Translations under genes and position numbers: made by a program
Notes under the pieces: model-generated
Database searches by the model: none
What the model was told of the DNA's origin: nothing
The model's input: the letters and a program-made list of their open reading frames with translations, nothing else
DNA from: an uncultured delta proteobacterium
Lineage (GTDB): Bacteria > Myxococcota > UBA727 > VGSZ01
Assembly: GCA_963775425.1 (NCBI GenBank)
Contig: CAVZJB010000008.1
Coordinates: 64,001-128,000, forward strand
Length of the DNA stretch: 64,000 nt
Direction of reading: 5' to 3'
Part shown: piece by piece, positions 39,664-51,234 of the stretch
Numbering within the stretch: the stretch's first letter is position 1
How the letters are laid out: every line of letters begins with the position of its first letter

Positions 39664-40920
39664 ATGTCGGCCATCGATCCCCTTGAGGCCCTCATCGCGC
39701 TCGGCGTGATCACCCGTGAGCAGCTCGAGGAGAGCAAGCGCGTCGATCCCGACGTCGCCTCGACGAGCATCGGCCGGCTCATCGCCGCCGGCGCCGACGC
39801 CGGGGAGCTCATGCCGGCGTTGTCGTCGCTCACCGGCATCCCCGTGGCGACGCCGGCGCAGCTCGCCGCCGCCGCGCCGCTCGACGGGCTGCCGCCGGAG
39901 CTCATGAGCGCGCTCGGCGCGTTGCCCGCCGCTCCGCTGGGCCGCGGCGCCGACGGCGTCCTCGAGGTAGCCGTCGCCGAGCCGGGCGCGACCCAGGAGC
40001 TCGCGGCGCTTGGCGTGCAGCGCTTCCGCGCGTTCCTCGCGCTCGAGATCCACGTGCGCGACATCCTCGAGCGCGAGGCGCCGCCGCCGTCGCCGTCGGC
40101 GCCCGCGCCCGCCGCCGCGGCCCACGGCCCCTCACAGGCGCCGCCGCTGGTGCTCGAGCCGCCGGGCCCCGCCATCAGCATCATCCCGGCGGGCAAAGGG
40201 CCGCCCGGCGCCGAGCCGCCCGTCGCCGAGCCGCCCGGCGCCGAGCCGCCCGTCGCCGCGCCGCAGCCCGAGCCCATGGAGCGCGCCAAGCCGGTGCGCG
40301 AGAGGTACGCGCCGGGCGCGCGGCCGAAGTCCGTGGCGCCGCCGCCGCAGGCCACGCCCGAGCTGACGCCGGCGACGATGACTGCGACGCCCGCGCCGCG
40401 CGTGACGACGACGCCGGGGGCGAAGGCGCCGCCGCCCGCGTCGCCGGCGCCGCCGCTCACGCCGCCGAAGAAGTCGCGCGCGCCCCTCGTCATCGGCGCC
40501 GTCGCCATCGTCGCCGTCGCCGTCCTTGGCGTCGTCTTCGGGCCGCAACTGCGCTCGCCGCCGGCGGCCCCCGTCGACGAGCTGTCGGCGAAGCAGCAAA
40601 AGGAGCTCGCCGCGGCGAGGGCCGAGGCCGCGCGCGGCAACCCGACGAACGCCATCATCCACTGCGAAGCGGTCGTGGCCCTCGACCCCACCACGCCGCG
40701 CGCCCACGAGGCCCAGCTCCTCCACGCGGAGCAGCAGGTCGTCAACGGCGACAGGCTCAGGGGGATCGACGAGCTGAAGAAGCTGGTCGATCGCCTCGGC
40801 GCGACCGACCCCGTCCGCAAGAGAGCCCAGGAGTCGCTCGCCCGCCTACAGCCGCCGCCCATCGACGCGAGCGGCCACGCCCCAGACGCGGACGCCGCCG
40901 GCGATGCGGCGGCGCCCTGA
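39664..40920 (+). CDS. Hypothetical membrane protein: degenerate MshEN/T2SSE_N-like N-terminus, Pro-rich linker, TM, TPR
   Basis: LIALGVITREQLEE, ALSSLTGIP, LEVAVAEP; single TM helix. Confidence 0.6.
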   Translation: MSAIDPLEALIALGVITREQLEESKRVDPDVASTSIGRLIAAGADAGELMPALSSLTGIPVATPAQLAAAAPLDGLPPELMSALGALPAAPLGRGADGVLEVAVAEPGATQELAALGVQRFRAFLALEIHVRDILEREAPPPSPSAPAPAAAAHGPSQAPPLVLEPPGPAISIIPAGKGPPGAEPPVAEPPGAEPPVAAPQPEPMERAKPVRERYAPGARPKSVAPPPQATPELTPATMTATPAPRVTTTPGAKAPPPASPAPPLTPPKKSRAPLVIGAVAIVAVAVLGVVFGPQLRSPPAAPVDELSAKQQKELAAARAEAARGNPTNAIIHCEAVVALDPTTPRAHEAQLLHAEQQVVNGDRLRGIDELKKLVDRLGATDPVRKRAQESLARLQPPPIDASGHAPDADAAGDAAAP

Positions 40921-41005
40921 AGAAAGACGGGTGACGCCGCGCCCGGCGCCACGACGTCGTGCTTGACGACGACGTCGTGGCCCGCCGCGAGCGCCCCCGC
41001 CGCGC

Positions 41006-43123
41006 CTACTTGGCTTTGGCGATCTGCTCCTTGGCGATGGCCGCGACGCGCTCGGGCGTGAAGCCGAACTTCTTCTGCAGCTCCTTCAGCGGCGCGGAGG
41101 CCCCGAAGGTCTTCATGCCGATGATGGTGCCGCCGTCGCCCGCGTAGCGCTCCCAGCCGAAGGTGCTCGCCTGCTCCACGCAGACGCGCGCCTTCACCGA
41201 CGACGGAATGACGCTCTCCTTGTACTCGGCGCCCTGGTGCTCGAAGAGCTCCCACGACGGCATCGACACGACGCGCGACTTCACGCCCGCCGCCTTGAGC
41301 TGCTCATGCGCCGCGACGCAGAGCGAGACCTCGGAGCCGGTGGCGATGAGCAGCACGTCGGGCTTGCCGCCGCTCCCCGGGTCGGAGTCGGCGAGGACGT
41401 AGGCGCCCTTGGCCACGCCCTCCGCGGAGCCGTACTTGGTGCGGTCGAGCGTGGGCAGGTTCTGGCGGGTGAGGATGAGCGCCACGGGCTCGTGCCGCAG
41501 CTTCATGATCACCTTCCACGCCTCCACCACCTCGTTGGCGTCCGCGGGCCGCATGGTGATGAGGCCGGGGATGGCGCGCAGCGAGGCGAGCTGCTCGATG
41601 GGCTGGTGCGTGGGCCCGTCCTCACCGACGCCGATGGAGTCGTGCGTGAAGATGTGGATGACGGGGATCTCCATGATGGCGCTCAGTCGGATGGCCGTGC
41701 GCGCGTAGTCGCTGAAGATGAGGAACTGCGAGCCGTAGGGCCGCACCTTGGACAGCGACATGCCGTTCAGCGCCGCGTGCATCGCGTGCTCGCGGATGCC
41801 GAAGTGCATGTTGCGGCCCGCGCGGTCGCCCATGCCCGAGTCCGGCGGCATGAAGTCGCCGGCGCCCTCGAAGGTGAGCCGCGTCTTCGTCGACGGCGCC
41901 AGGTCCGCCGAGCCGCCCATGAGGAACGGGATGTTCTTGGCGAGCTGGTTCAGCACCTGCGCGCTGGCCACGCGGCCGGCGATGCCCTTGGCGTCCGCGG
42001 CGAACGTCGGCAGCTCCTTGTCCCAGTCCTCGGGGAGGGCGCGCCGCTGCATGCGCTCCAGCGTGTCGGCGAGCTGCGGGTGCTTCTCCTTGTAGTCGGC
42101 GAACTGGTCGAACCACTTGCGGCGCATCTCGCCGCCGCGCTTGCCGATGCCGTCCTTGAAGGTGCTGAGCACGTCCTCGGGCACGAGGAACTTGGCGTCC
42201 TCGGGCCAGCCGTAGTTCTTCTTGGTGAGGCGGATCTCCTCTTCGCCGAGCGGCTCGCCGTGGGCGGAGTGGGTGTCCTGCTTGTTGGGCGAGCCCCACG
42301 CGATGTGGCTGTCGACGATGATGAGCGTGGGCCGCCCCTTCGTCTGCTTGAAGGTGCGCAGCGCGCGGCGGAGCATGTTGAGGTCGTTGGCGTCGCCGAC
42401 GCGGGTGACGTTCCAGCCGTAGCCGATGAAGCGGGTGGCGACGTCCTCGGAGAAGGCCCACGCGGTGTGGCCCTCGATGGTGATCTTGTTGTTGTCGTAG
42501 ATCCAGCACAGGTTGTCGAGCTGCTGGTGCGCCGCGAGCGACGCCGCCTCGCCGGAGATGCCCTCCATCATGCAGCCGTCGCCGGCGACGGCGTAGACGT
42601 CGTAGTCGAACATCTCGAAGCCGGGACGGTTGAACGTGGCCGCCTGCCACTTGGCGGCGATGGCCATGCCCACCGACGTGGCCACGCCCTGGCCGAGGGG
42701 CCCGGTGGTGGTCTCGATGCCCGACGTCCAGCGGTACTCGGGGTGGCCCGGGCAGCGGCTGTCGAGCTGGCGGAAGCGCTTGATGTCGTCGAGCGGCACC
42801 GACAGCTCGCCGAGGCGCTCGTACTTGGAGTTCACCGCCTTCACCTGCGCGAGGTGGAGCATCGAGTACAGGAGCATCGAGGCGTGACCGCAGGACAGCA
42901 CGAAGCGGTCGCGGTTCGGCCAGATGGGGTCCTCGGGATCGAAGCGCAGTTGGTCGTTCCACAGCGTGTACGCCACGGGCGCCAAAGCCATGGCCGTGCC
43001 CGGGTGCCCGGAGTTGGCCGCCTGCACCGCGTCCATGGACAGGGTGCGGATGGTGTTGACGGCCTTCTGCTCGGCCGCCTCGTGGGCCTTGTCGGCCTCG
43101 ATCTTCGCTCGCTCGTTGCCCAT
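41006..43123 (-). CDS. tkt: Transketolase
   Basis: SGHPG, GHASMLLY, TTGPLGQG, GDGCMMEG, GEDGPTHQP. Confidence 0.97.
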   Translation of the reverse strand: MGNERAKIEADKAHEAAEQKAVNTIRTLSMDAVQAANSGHPGTAMALAPVAYTLWNDQLRFDPEDPIWPNRDRFVLSCGHASMLLYSMLHLAQVKAVNSKYERLGELSVPLDDIKRFRQLDSRCPGHPEYRWTSGIETTTGPLGQGVATSVGMAIAAKWQAATFNRPGFEMFDYDVYAVAGDGCMMEGISGEAASLAAHQQLDNLCWIYDNNKITIEGHTAWAFSEDVATRFIGYGWNVTRVGDANDLNMLRRALRTFKQTKGRPTLIIVDSHIAWGSPNKQDTHSAHGEPLGEEEIRLTKKNYGWPEDAKFLVPEDVLSTFKDGIGKRGGEMRRKWFDQFADYKEKHPQLADTLERMQRRALPEDWDKELPTFAADAKGIAGRVASAQVLNQLAKNIPFLMGGSADLAPSTKTRLTFEGAGDFMPPDSGMGDRAGRNMHFGIREHAMHAALNGMSLSKVRPYGSQFLIFSDYARTAIRLSAIMEIPVIHIFTHDSIGVGEDGPTHQPIEQLASLRAIPGLITMRPADANEVVEAWKVIMKLRHEPVALILTRQNLPTLDRTKYGSAEGVAKGAYVLADSDPGSGGKPDVLLIATGSEVSLCVAAHEQLKAAGVKSRVVSMPSWELFEHQGAEYKESVIPSSVKARVCVEQASTFGWERYAGDGGTIIGMKTFGASAPLKELQKKFGFTPERVAAIAKEQIAKAK

Positions 43124-43265
43124 CGTGGTGATCTCCTGGATGCTGGACCGCGCGTGGCGGCGCCGGAGGGTCCGCCGCCCGTCCGCCCGGTGTCAACCGT
43201 CCCCGTGGCCCGCCTCCCCCGGGCGGTCGTCGACGGGGGGGCGCCACGTCGCTAGCATCCGGGCC

Positions 43266-44957
43266 ATGCTCGACCGCTTGTTCGGCCCCTCGCCCGGTGA
43301 GGACGCGCTCGCCCAGGCATGGGCCGGCTTTCGGTCCACCGCGCAGCTCGGCGCGCTCTCCTCGGTCTTGTTCGGCGGCATCTACCTCGCCCTCGGCGCC
43401 TACACCGCCGGGACGATCACGCTCGGCGCGGCCGCGGTGTTCTTCGCGCTGCGCTTCGTCGTGCCGCCCCGCCGCGTGGAGCTCGGCCTCACGCTCGTCG
43501 TCGTCGTCGCCCTCGTGGGCTTCGCCGGCGTCGCGCGCGACCTCGGCGGCATGACGTCGCCGCCGGTGGTGTGGATGCCGCTCCTGCTGCGCTCCACCTA
43601 CAGCGTGGTGGGCCGCCGCGTCGCGGTGGTCGGGGCGGGGCTCACCGCCGTCGCCGTCTTCGTCATCTTCGTCACCGAGCGGCCGCCGGTGCTGCCGCCG
43701 TTGACCCTCGACATCGTCCGCGGCGTCAGCGTGGTCACGGCGCTGGTCTCCGCGCTCATCGGGGCAGCGCGCCACGAGCGCTCGCGCGAGCGCGCCAGCG
43801 CCGTCCTCGCGCGCGCCCGCGACGACGCCTTCGCCGCCAGCCGCCTCAAGGGCGAGCTCGTCGCCACGGTGTCGCACGAGCTGCGCACGCCGCTGAACGC
43901 CATCGTGGGCATGACCGGCATCCTGGAGAAGTCCCCGCTCGACGAGCAGCAGCGGGAGTACACGCGCGTCGTCCGCGGCGCCGCCGAGACCCTCGTCACC
44001 CTCGTGGACGACCTGCTCGAGACCAGCCGCCTCGAAGCCGGCCGCGTGGGGTTGCAGGCGGTGCCGTTCGAGCTGCGCGCCCTGGCCGACCCCGTCGTCG
44101 ACATGCTCGCGCCCCGCGCGAGGGCCAAGGGCCTCGTGCTGGCGCTCGAGGCGCCCGCGTCGCTGCCGCGCGTCGTCGGCGACGCCGGCCGGCTGCGCCA
44201 GGTCGTGACCAACCTCATCGACAACGCCGTGAAGTTCACCTCCGCCGGCCGCGTCGACGTCAAGATCGCCGCCAGCCCCGTCGACGCCGCCGCGCCCAAG
44301 GAAGGCGCGGTGCGGGTCTGCATCACGGTGGCGGACACCGGCATCGGCATCCCCCCGGACAAGCTGCCCGTCATCTTCGAGCGCTTCCGACAGGCGGACA
44401 GCTCGATGACCCGCCGCTACGGCGGCACCGGGCTCGGCCTCGCCATCGCCCGCGACCTCGTCACGCTCATGGGGGGCACATTGGTGGCGACGTCGGAGCC
44501 GGGGCACGGCTCGGTGTTCACGGCCTCGTGCGTCCTGCCGCGGGCGCCGGCGGCCGCGTCGTTGCAGGGGACGCGGGTGTTGCTCGCCGAGGACAACGCC
44601 GTGAACCAGCGGCTCGCGGAGCACCTGCTGACGAGCCTCGGCTGCACCGTCGACGTCGCCCACAACGGCAGCGAGGCCGTCAGCATGGCGCAGAGCGGCG
44701 CCTACGACGTCATCCTCATGGACTGTCACATGCCCGAGATGGACGGCTACCGCGCCGCCACCGCCATCCGCCGCGCCGCGGGCTCCACGCGCGTGGGGCG
44801 CGCGCCCCCCATCCTCGCGCTCACCGCCGCGGGCTCGGCGGAGGATGTGCGCCGTGCACGCGAGGCGGGCATGGACGAGCTGCTCCAGAAGCCGATTGAC
44901 GTCGAAGGGATCCGCGCGTCTCTGGGCCGTGTGGTGGGGGCGCGCGCGCCCAAATAG
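43266..44957 (+). CDS. Membrane hybrid sensor histidine kinase/receiver
   Basis: SHELRTPLN, NAVKFT, GGTGLGL, EDNAVN, MDCHMP; real start ATG 43266. Confidence 0.95.
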   Translation: MLDRLFGPSPGEDALAQAWAGFRSTAQLGALSSVLFGGIYLALGAYTAGTITLGAAAVFFALRFVVPPRRVELGLTLVVVVALVGFAGVARDLGGMTSPPVVWMPLLLRSTYSVVGRRVAVVGAGLTAVAVFVIFVTERPPVLPPLTLDIVRGVSVVTALVSALIGAARHERSRERASAVLARARDDAFAASRLKGELVATVSHELRTPLNAIVGMTGILEKSPLDEQQREYTRVVRGAAETLVTLVDDLLETSRLEAGRVGLQAVPFELRALADPVVDMLAPRARAKGLVLALEAPASLPRVVGDAGRLRQVVTNLIDNAVKFTSAGRVDVKIAASPVDAAAPKEGAVRVCITVADTGIGIPPDKLPVIFERFRQADSSMTRRYGGTGLGLAIARDLVTLMGGTLVATSEPGHGSVFTASCVLPRAPAAASLQGTRVLLAEDNAVNQRLAEHLLTSLGCTVDVAHNGSEAVSMAQSGAYDVILMDCHMPEMDGYRAATAIRRAAGSTRVGRAPPILALTAAGSAEDVRRAREAGMDELLQKPIDVEGIRASLGRVVGARAPK

Positions 44958-45034
44958 CCGCCGGCCATCGCCGGCAAAGCGACCGGACAAATACGCACTT
45001 TGATGCGCGGGCGGGCCTCTGCTAGAGGAGGCGG

Positions 45035-45427
45035 GTGGCCGATACAGCCAAGACCGAGCGGGCGATGGTCCTCGTGGTGGAGGACGACCCCACGCTGCGC
45101 AAGATGATCTGCAAGCACCTCGACAAGATGGGCTGCGCGGTCACCGACGTCGACAACGGCGAAGCCGCGCTGCGCTGGCTCGACGAAAACCCGCTGCCCG
45201 GTCTCGTGTGCCTCGACCTCGCGCTGCCCGCGATGAGCGGCTTTCGGGTGTGCGAGACCATTCGCTCCTCTTCGCGCACCAAGAGCGTTCCTGTCCTCGT
45301 CATCACCGCGCGCACCAGCGTGCAGGACCACACCTTCGCGCTCGAGATGGGCGCCGACTCGTTCCTGGAGAAGCCCTTCAAGCTGAAGGACCTCGAGAAC
45401 GAGGTCCGCACCCTGATCGCGGGCTAG
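45035..45427 (+). CDS. Single-domain response regulator
   Basis: VVEDD, LDLALPAMSG, ITAR, KPF. Confidence 0.92.
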   Translation: MADTAKTERAMVLVVEDDPTLRKMICKHLDKMGCAVTDVDNGEAALRWLDENPLPGLVCLDLALPAMSGFRVCETIRSSSRTKSVPVLVITARTSVQDHTFALEMGADSFLEKPFKLKDLENEVRTLIAG

Positions 45428-45434
45428 CGCGGCG

Positions 45435-46235
45435 ATGCTCGAGCGGGTGCCGTTCGGCCGCATCCACGCGCACGCGGTGACGTTCGACGGCGCGGTCTCG
45501 GAGATCGTCGAGCTCTGCCGGGCCGGCGCCGGCGGCATCGTCGTCACGCCCAACGTCGACCATGTGGTGATCGCGGAGCACGACGACGCGTTGGTGGCGG
45601 CGTACGACGGCGCCGCGCTCTCGCTCGCAGACGGAAAGCCGCTCATCTGGTTGTCGCGCGCCATGGGGAGCCCGCTGCCCGCGAAGGTCTCGGGCAGCGA
45701 CCTCGCGCTCCCGTTGTGTGCGCGCGCGGCCCGCGAGGGGCTGAGCGTGTTCCTCCTCGGGGCCAAGGACGGCGTCGGCGCGCGCGCAGCCGAAGTGCTC
45801 GAGCGCGCGTGCCCGGGGCTCGTGGTCGCCGGGGTGCTGTCGCCGCCGCTGGGCTTCGACAAAGATCCCGCCGCCGACGCCGCCGTGGTGCGCGCGGTGC
45901 GCGACGCGAAGCCCGCGCTCGTGTTGGTGGCGCTCGGGGCGCCGCGCCAGGAGCTGTGGATGCACGCGCACAAGGCCGAGCTCGCGCCCGCGGTGCTCCT
46001 CGGCGTCGGCGGCACCCTCGACTTCCTCGCCGGCGAGGTGAAGCGGGCCCCGTCGTGGATGTCCGACAACGGCCTCGAGTGGCTGTACCGCCTCGCGCAG
46101 CAGCCGCGGCGTATGGCCGGCCGGTACCTGGTCCGCGATCGCGCGTTCGCGGGCATTGCGCTGCGTGCCCTGCGCACCTCCCGCCGATGGTCTCGACGTG
46201 GGACAGGCGGCGCCGATCACAGCCGCGGCCGTTGA
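45435..46235 (+). CDS. WecB/TagA/CpsF glycosyltransferase
   Basis: TPNVDH, ADGKP, SGSDL, LGAPRQE, LEWLYRL. Confidence 0.93.
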   Translation: MLERVPFGRIHAHAVTFDGAVSEIVELCRAGAGGIVVTPNVDHVVIAEHDDALVAAYDGAALSLADGKPLIWLSRAMGSPLPAKVSGSDLALPLCARAAREGLSVFLLGAKDGVGARAAEVLERACPGLVVAGVLSPPLGFDKDPAADAAVVRAVRDAKPALVLVALGAPRQELWMHAHKAELAPAVLLGVGGTLDFLAGEVKRAPSWMSDNGLEWLYRLAQQPRRMAGRYLVRDRAFAGIALRALRTSRRWSRRGTGGADHSRGR

Positions 46236-46287
46236 GATCGGACAATAGTTCGGCCAAGAGGCCTCGTCGCAAAGGTATGACGCGACT

Positions 46288-47685
46288 GTGAACAGCTCGT
46301 TGGACAAGTTGACGCCCGGTTGGCCCGCGAAGTTGAACCTCGCGTTCGACCTCGTCGTGCTGTTCGGCGCCGGCCTCCTCGCGCTGCAGGGCCCGGATGA
46401 CCCCCGCTACGCGTCGCTGGCGCTCGTCGGCCTCGCCATCTGGTTGTTCGGCGCGGCGGTGTTGCGGCTGTACTCGCCGACCACCGCGCGCAGCAACGTC
46501 GACCACCTGACCCTCACGCTGCTCCTCGTCATCGGCGTGAGCGGCTCCTTGTATTTCTGGGAGCGCATCGGTCTGCCCGACGCGCACCGGTTCTCCGTGG
46601 CGTCGTTCGGCATCGTGGTGCTCACGTGGACCATGGCCGGCCGCGTGCTCGTGTTCCAACCGCTGCGCGCCGTGGCCGGCCCCGTCGACGAGGTGCTCAT
46701 CTGCGGCGTCGGGCCGTCGGCGGTGGCGACGGCGCACAAGCTCCAGAAGAAGGCGGGTGGCAGGCGCTTCCAGGTCGTCGGCTTCCTCGCGTTCGAGGGC
46801 GAGCAGGCGCACCCGAGCATCTCGCGCGGCGGCGGCGCGCCCATCCTCGGGAAGGCCGGCGACCTCCTGACGGTGCTCGAGTCGCGCCCGGTGGGCGAGG
46901 TGTACATCGCGGGCCGCACGCTGGTGCACGGCAGCGAGATGCAGCGCATCGTGCGCGCCTGCGAGGAGATCGGCGTCCCCTTCGCGCTGCCGGTGCACGC
47001 GCTGCAGTTCGAGCGGGCGCGGCTGCTGTCGTCGTCCTCGTCATCGGACGGTTACCTGCACTACATCTCCACCGACACGCGGCCGGTGCAGTACGCCGTG
47101 AAGCGCCTCGTGGACATCGTGTGCTCGGCGTTCGCGCTGGTGGTGCTGTCGCCGCTGTTGCTGCTGGTGGCCGCGCTGACCCGCCTGGAGTCGCCCGGGC
47201 CCATCCTGTTCAAACAGGTCCGCGTCGGGCTCCACGGCGCGAGCTTCAACCTCCTCAAGTTCCGCTCCATGGTCGCGAACGCCGACGCCATGAAGGACAA
47301 GCTCCTCGAGAAGAACGAGCAGACCGGGCCCGTGTTCAAGATGAAGCACGACCCGCGGGTCACGCGCGTGGGTCGCGTCATCCGCAAGTTCTCCATCGAC
47401 GAGCTGCCGCAGCTCGTGAACATCCTGCGCGGCGACATGACCATCGTCGGCCCGCGCCCCGCGGTGCCGCGCGAGGTCGCGCAGTACAAGCTCTGGCAGC
47501 GCCGCCGCCTCTCGGTGCGCCCCGGGCTCACCTGCTACTGGCAGGTGAGCGGCCGCAACGAGATCGGCTTCGAGGAGTGGATGCAGCTCGACCTGCGCTA
47601 CGTCGACAACTGGTCGTTGAAGGTCGACGCCGAGCTGATCCTGAAGACCTTCCCCGTCGTCGTCTTCGGCAGGGGCGCGAGCTGA
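46288..47685 (+). CDS. Priming polyprenyl glycosylphosphotransferase (WcaJ/EpsZ-like)
   Basis: KRLVDI, KFRSM, DPRVTRVG, DELPQL, GPRP, RPGLT, DLRY. Confidence 0.93.
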   Translation: MNSSLDKLTPGWPAKLNLAFDLVVLFGAGLLALQGPDDPRYASLALVGLAIWLFGAAVLRLYSPTTARSNVDHLTLTLLLVIGVSGSLYFWERIGLPDAHRFSVASFGIVVLTWTMAGRVLVFQPLRAVAGPVDEVLICGVGPSAVATAHKLQKKAGGRRFQVVGFLAFEGEQAHPSISRGGGAPILGKAGDLLTVLESRPVGEVYIAGRTLVHGSEMQRIVRACEEIGVPFALPVHALQFERARLLSSSSSSDGYLHYISTDTRPVQYAVKRLVDIVCSAFALVVLSPLLLLVAALTRLESPGPILFKQVRVGLHGASFNLLKFRSMVANADAMKDKLLEKNEQTGPVFKMKHDPRVTRVGRVIRKFSIDELPQLVNILRGDMTIVGPRPAVPREVAQYKLWQRRRLSVRPGLTCYWQVSGRNEIGFEEWMQLDLRYVDNWSLKVDAELILKTFPVVVFGRGAS

Positions 47686-47686
47686 C

Positions 47687-47715
47687 TCAGCGACCGGAGG
47701 GAGCGGCGTCGCTGA

Positions 47716-47736
<21 letters not shown>
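47687..47736 (+). repeat. Two copies (29-bp period) of TCAGCGACCGGAGGGAGCGGC
   Basis: 47687-47707 and 47716-47736; the second copy overlaps the stop of the convergent gene. Confidence 0.92.
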
Positions 47737-49773
<2,037 letters not shown>

Positions 49774-49917
49774 GGGGGATCCTAGCGCGGACACGCGCAC
49801 GCTCGCCCCTCCCCCAAGAAGTCACCCCGCTCGCCCGGGCCAGACGTGCATGCTCGTCGACGAAGCGGCGCTTCGGTTCTTGGTTTCCGCGCGAGTGCCC
49901 TATGTTAGGTTCTCGCC

Positions 49918-50502
49918 GTGCGCGTGCTGTCTTTCTTCGCCGGCCTCGCCGTCGCGCTCGCATCGTGCGTGTCCGAGGGCCCCTATGTCTGGGTCGATGA
50001 TCTTCCGTCGAGCGCGCTCAAGCCCGCGCCCTACAAGGTGCAGACGGGCGACCGGTTGACCATCAACGTGTGGAACCAGGCGCCGCTGTCCGGCGAGGTG
50101 CTGGTGCGCCCCGACGGCAACCTCACGCTGCCGCTGGTGGGCGACGTCTTCGTGCTCGGCATGACGCCGCCACAGATCGCCGACGAGATCGCCAAGCGGC
50201 TCCACGGCCTGGTGGTCGATCCCCGTGTCGTCGTCAGCCTCGCCAACATGCGCGAGCCGCAGGTGTCCGTGGTCGGTGAGGTGCGCCAGGCGGGCGCGTA
50301 TCCGCTCCGGCCCGGCGAAGGTGTCATCGAGGTGATCGCGCGCGCCGGCGGCCTCAGCGAGTTCGCCGACCACGGCAAGATCTTCGTGGTCCGCCGCCGC
50401 GACGCGCTGCGTGTCCGCTTCAGCTACGAAAAGCTGCAGCGCGCCGACGGCGCCGCCGTGAAGTTCCTGCTCCAGGACGGCGACGTCGTCGTCGTCGAGT
50501 GA
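49918..50502 (+). CDS. Short polysaccharide export (OPX/Wza-like) lipoprotein
   Basis: Lipobox LASC, GDRLTINVW, VRPDGNLTLPLVG, SLBB GEVRQAG, LQDGDVVVVE. Confidence 0.9.
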   Translation: MRVLSFFAGLAVALASCVSEGPYVWVDDLPSSALKPAPYKVQTGDRLTINVWNQAPLSGEVLVRPDGNLTLPLVGDVFVLGMTPPQIADEIAKRLHGLVVDPRVVVSLANMREPQVSVVGEVRQAGAYPLRPGEGVIEVIARAGGLSEFADHGKIFVVRRRDALRVRFSYEKLQRADGAAVKFLLQDGDVVVVE

Positions 50503-50525
50503 CGGCGCGCCCCCCGCGCGAACGA

Positions 50526-51110
50526 CTACGGCTTCTTGTGGAACAGCTCGAGGTCGAGCTCGATCTGGATCTCGTCGCTCACGATGGCGCCGGCGTCGGC
50601 CGGGCCGGCCCAATCGAGCTTCCAGTCGTGGCGGTTGATCTTGGCGGTGGCGGAGAAGGCGCGGTGCGCGTTGCCGCCGGGATCCTTGAACTCGGGGCTC
50701 GGGCCGTTGACGTCGAGGACGACGGGCTTGGTGATGCCGTGCATGGTGAGGTTGCCGTGCACCTTGAGCGTGTCGGCGGCGGGGCCCTTCTCCACCTTGG
50801 TGGAGACGAAGGACATCTTGGGGAAGTTCTTGACGTCGAGGAAGTCCTTGGACTTCACGTGGGTGTCGCGCTTGTCGTTCTCGGTGGTGATGGAGGCGGG
50901 CACGATGGAGACCTCGACGTGGGACTTGGTGATGTCCTTCTCGTCGAGCGTGACCTTGCCGCTCCAGCTCTCGAACCGGCCGTGGACCTTGGTGAACACG
51001 AGGTGCTTGGCCACGAAGCCCACCATGGAGTGGCCCGTGTCGATGTCCCAGGTCGAGGCGGCCGCAGGGGTGGCGAGGGCGAGGGCGAGGACGGCGATGA
51101 GGGAGCGCAT
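50526..51110 (-). CDS. YceI family protein
   Basis: WDIDTGHS.VGF, RDTHVKSKDFLD, GNLTMHGITK. Confidence 0.93.
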   Translation of the reverse strand: MRSLIAVLALALATPAAASTWDIDTGHSMVGFVAKHLVFTKVHGRFESWSGKVTLDEKDITKSHVEVSIVPASITTENDKRDTHVKSKDFLDVKNFPKMSFVSTKVEKGPAADTLKVHGNLTMHGITKPVVLDVNGPSPEFKDPGGNAHRAFSATAKINRHDWKLDWAGPADAGAIVSDEIQIELDLELFHKKP

Positions 51111-51234
51111 GGGGGGTATCTCCGGAAGGTTGGTGCGCGTTGTACGATGAAACCCGACCGGCTGTGACGCAAACGCGCCAAACCGGTGATGGGGGCCGAT
51201 ATACTCTGCGTCCATACATCCCGGGGAGCACGCC

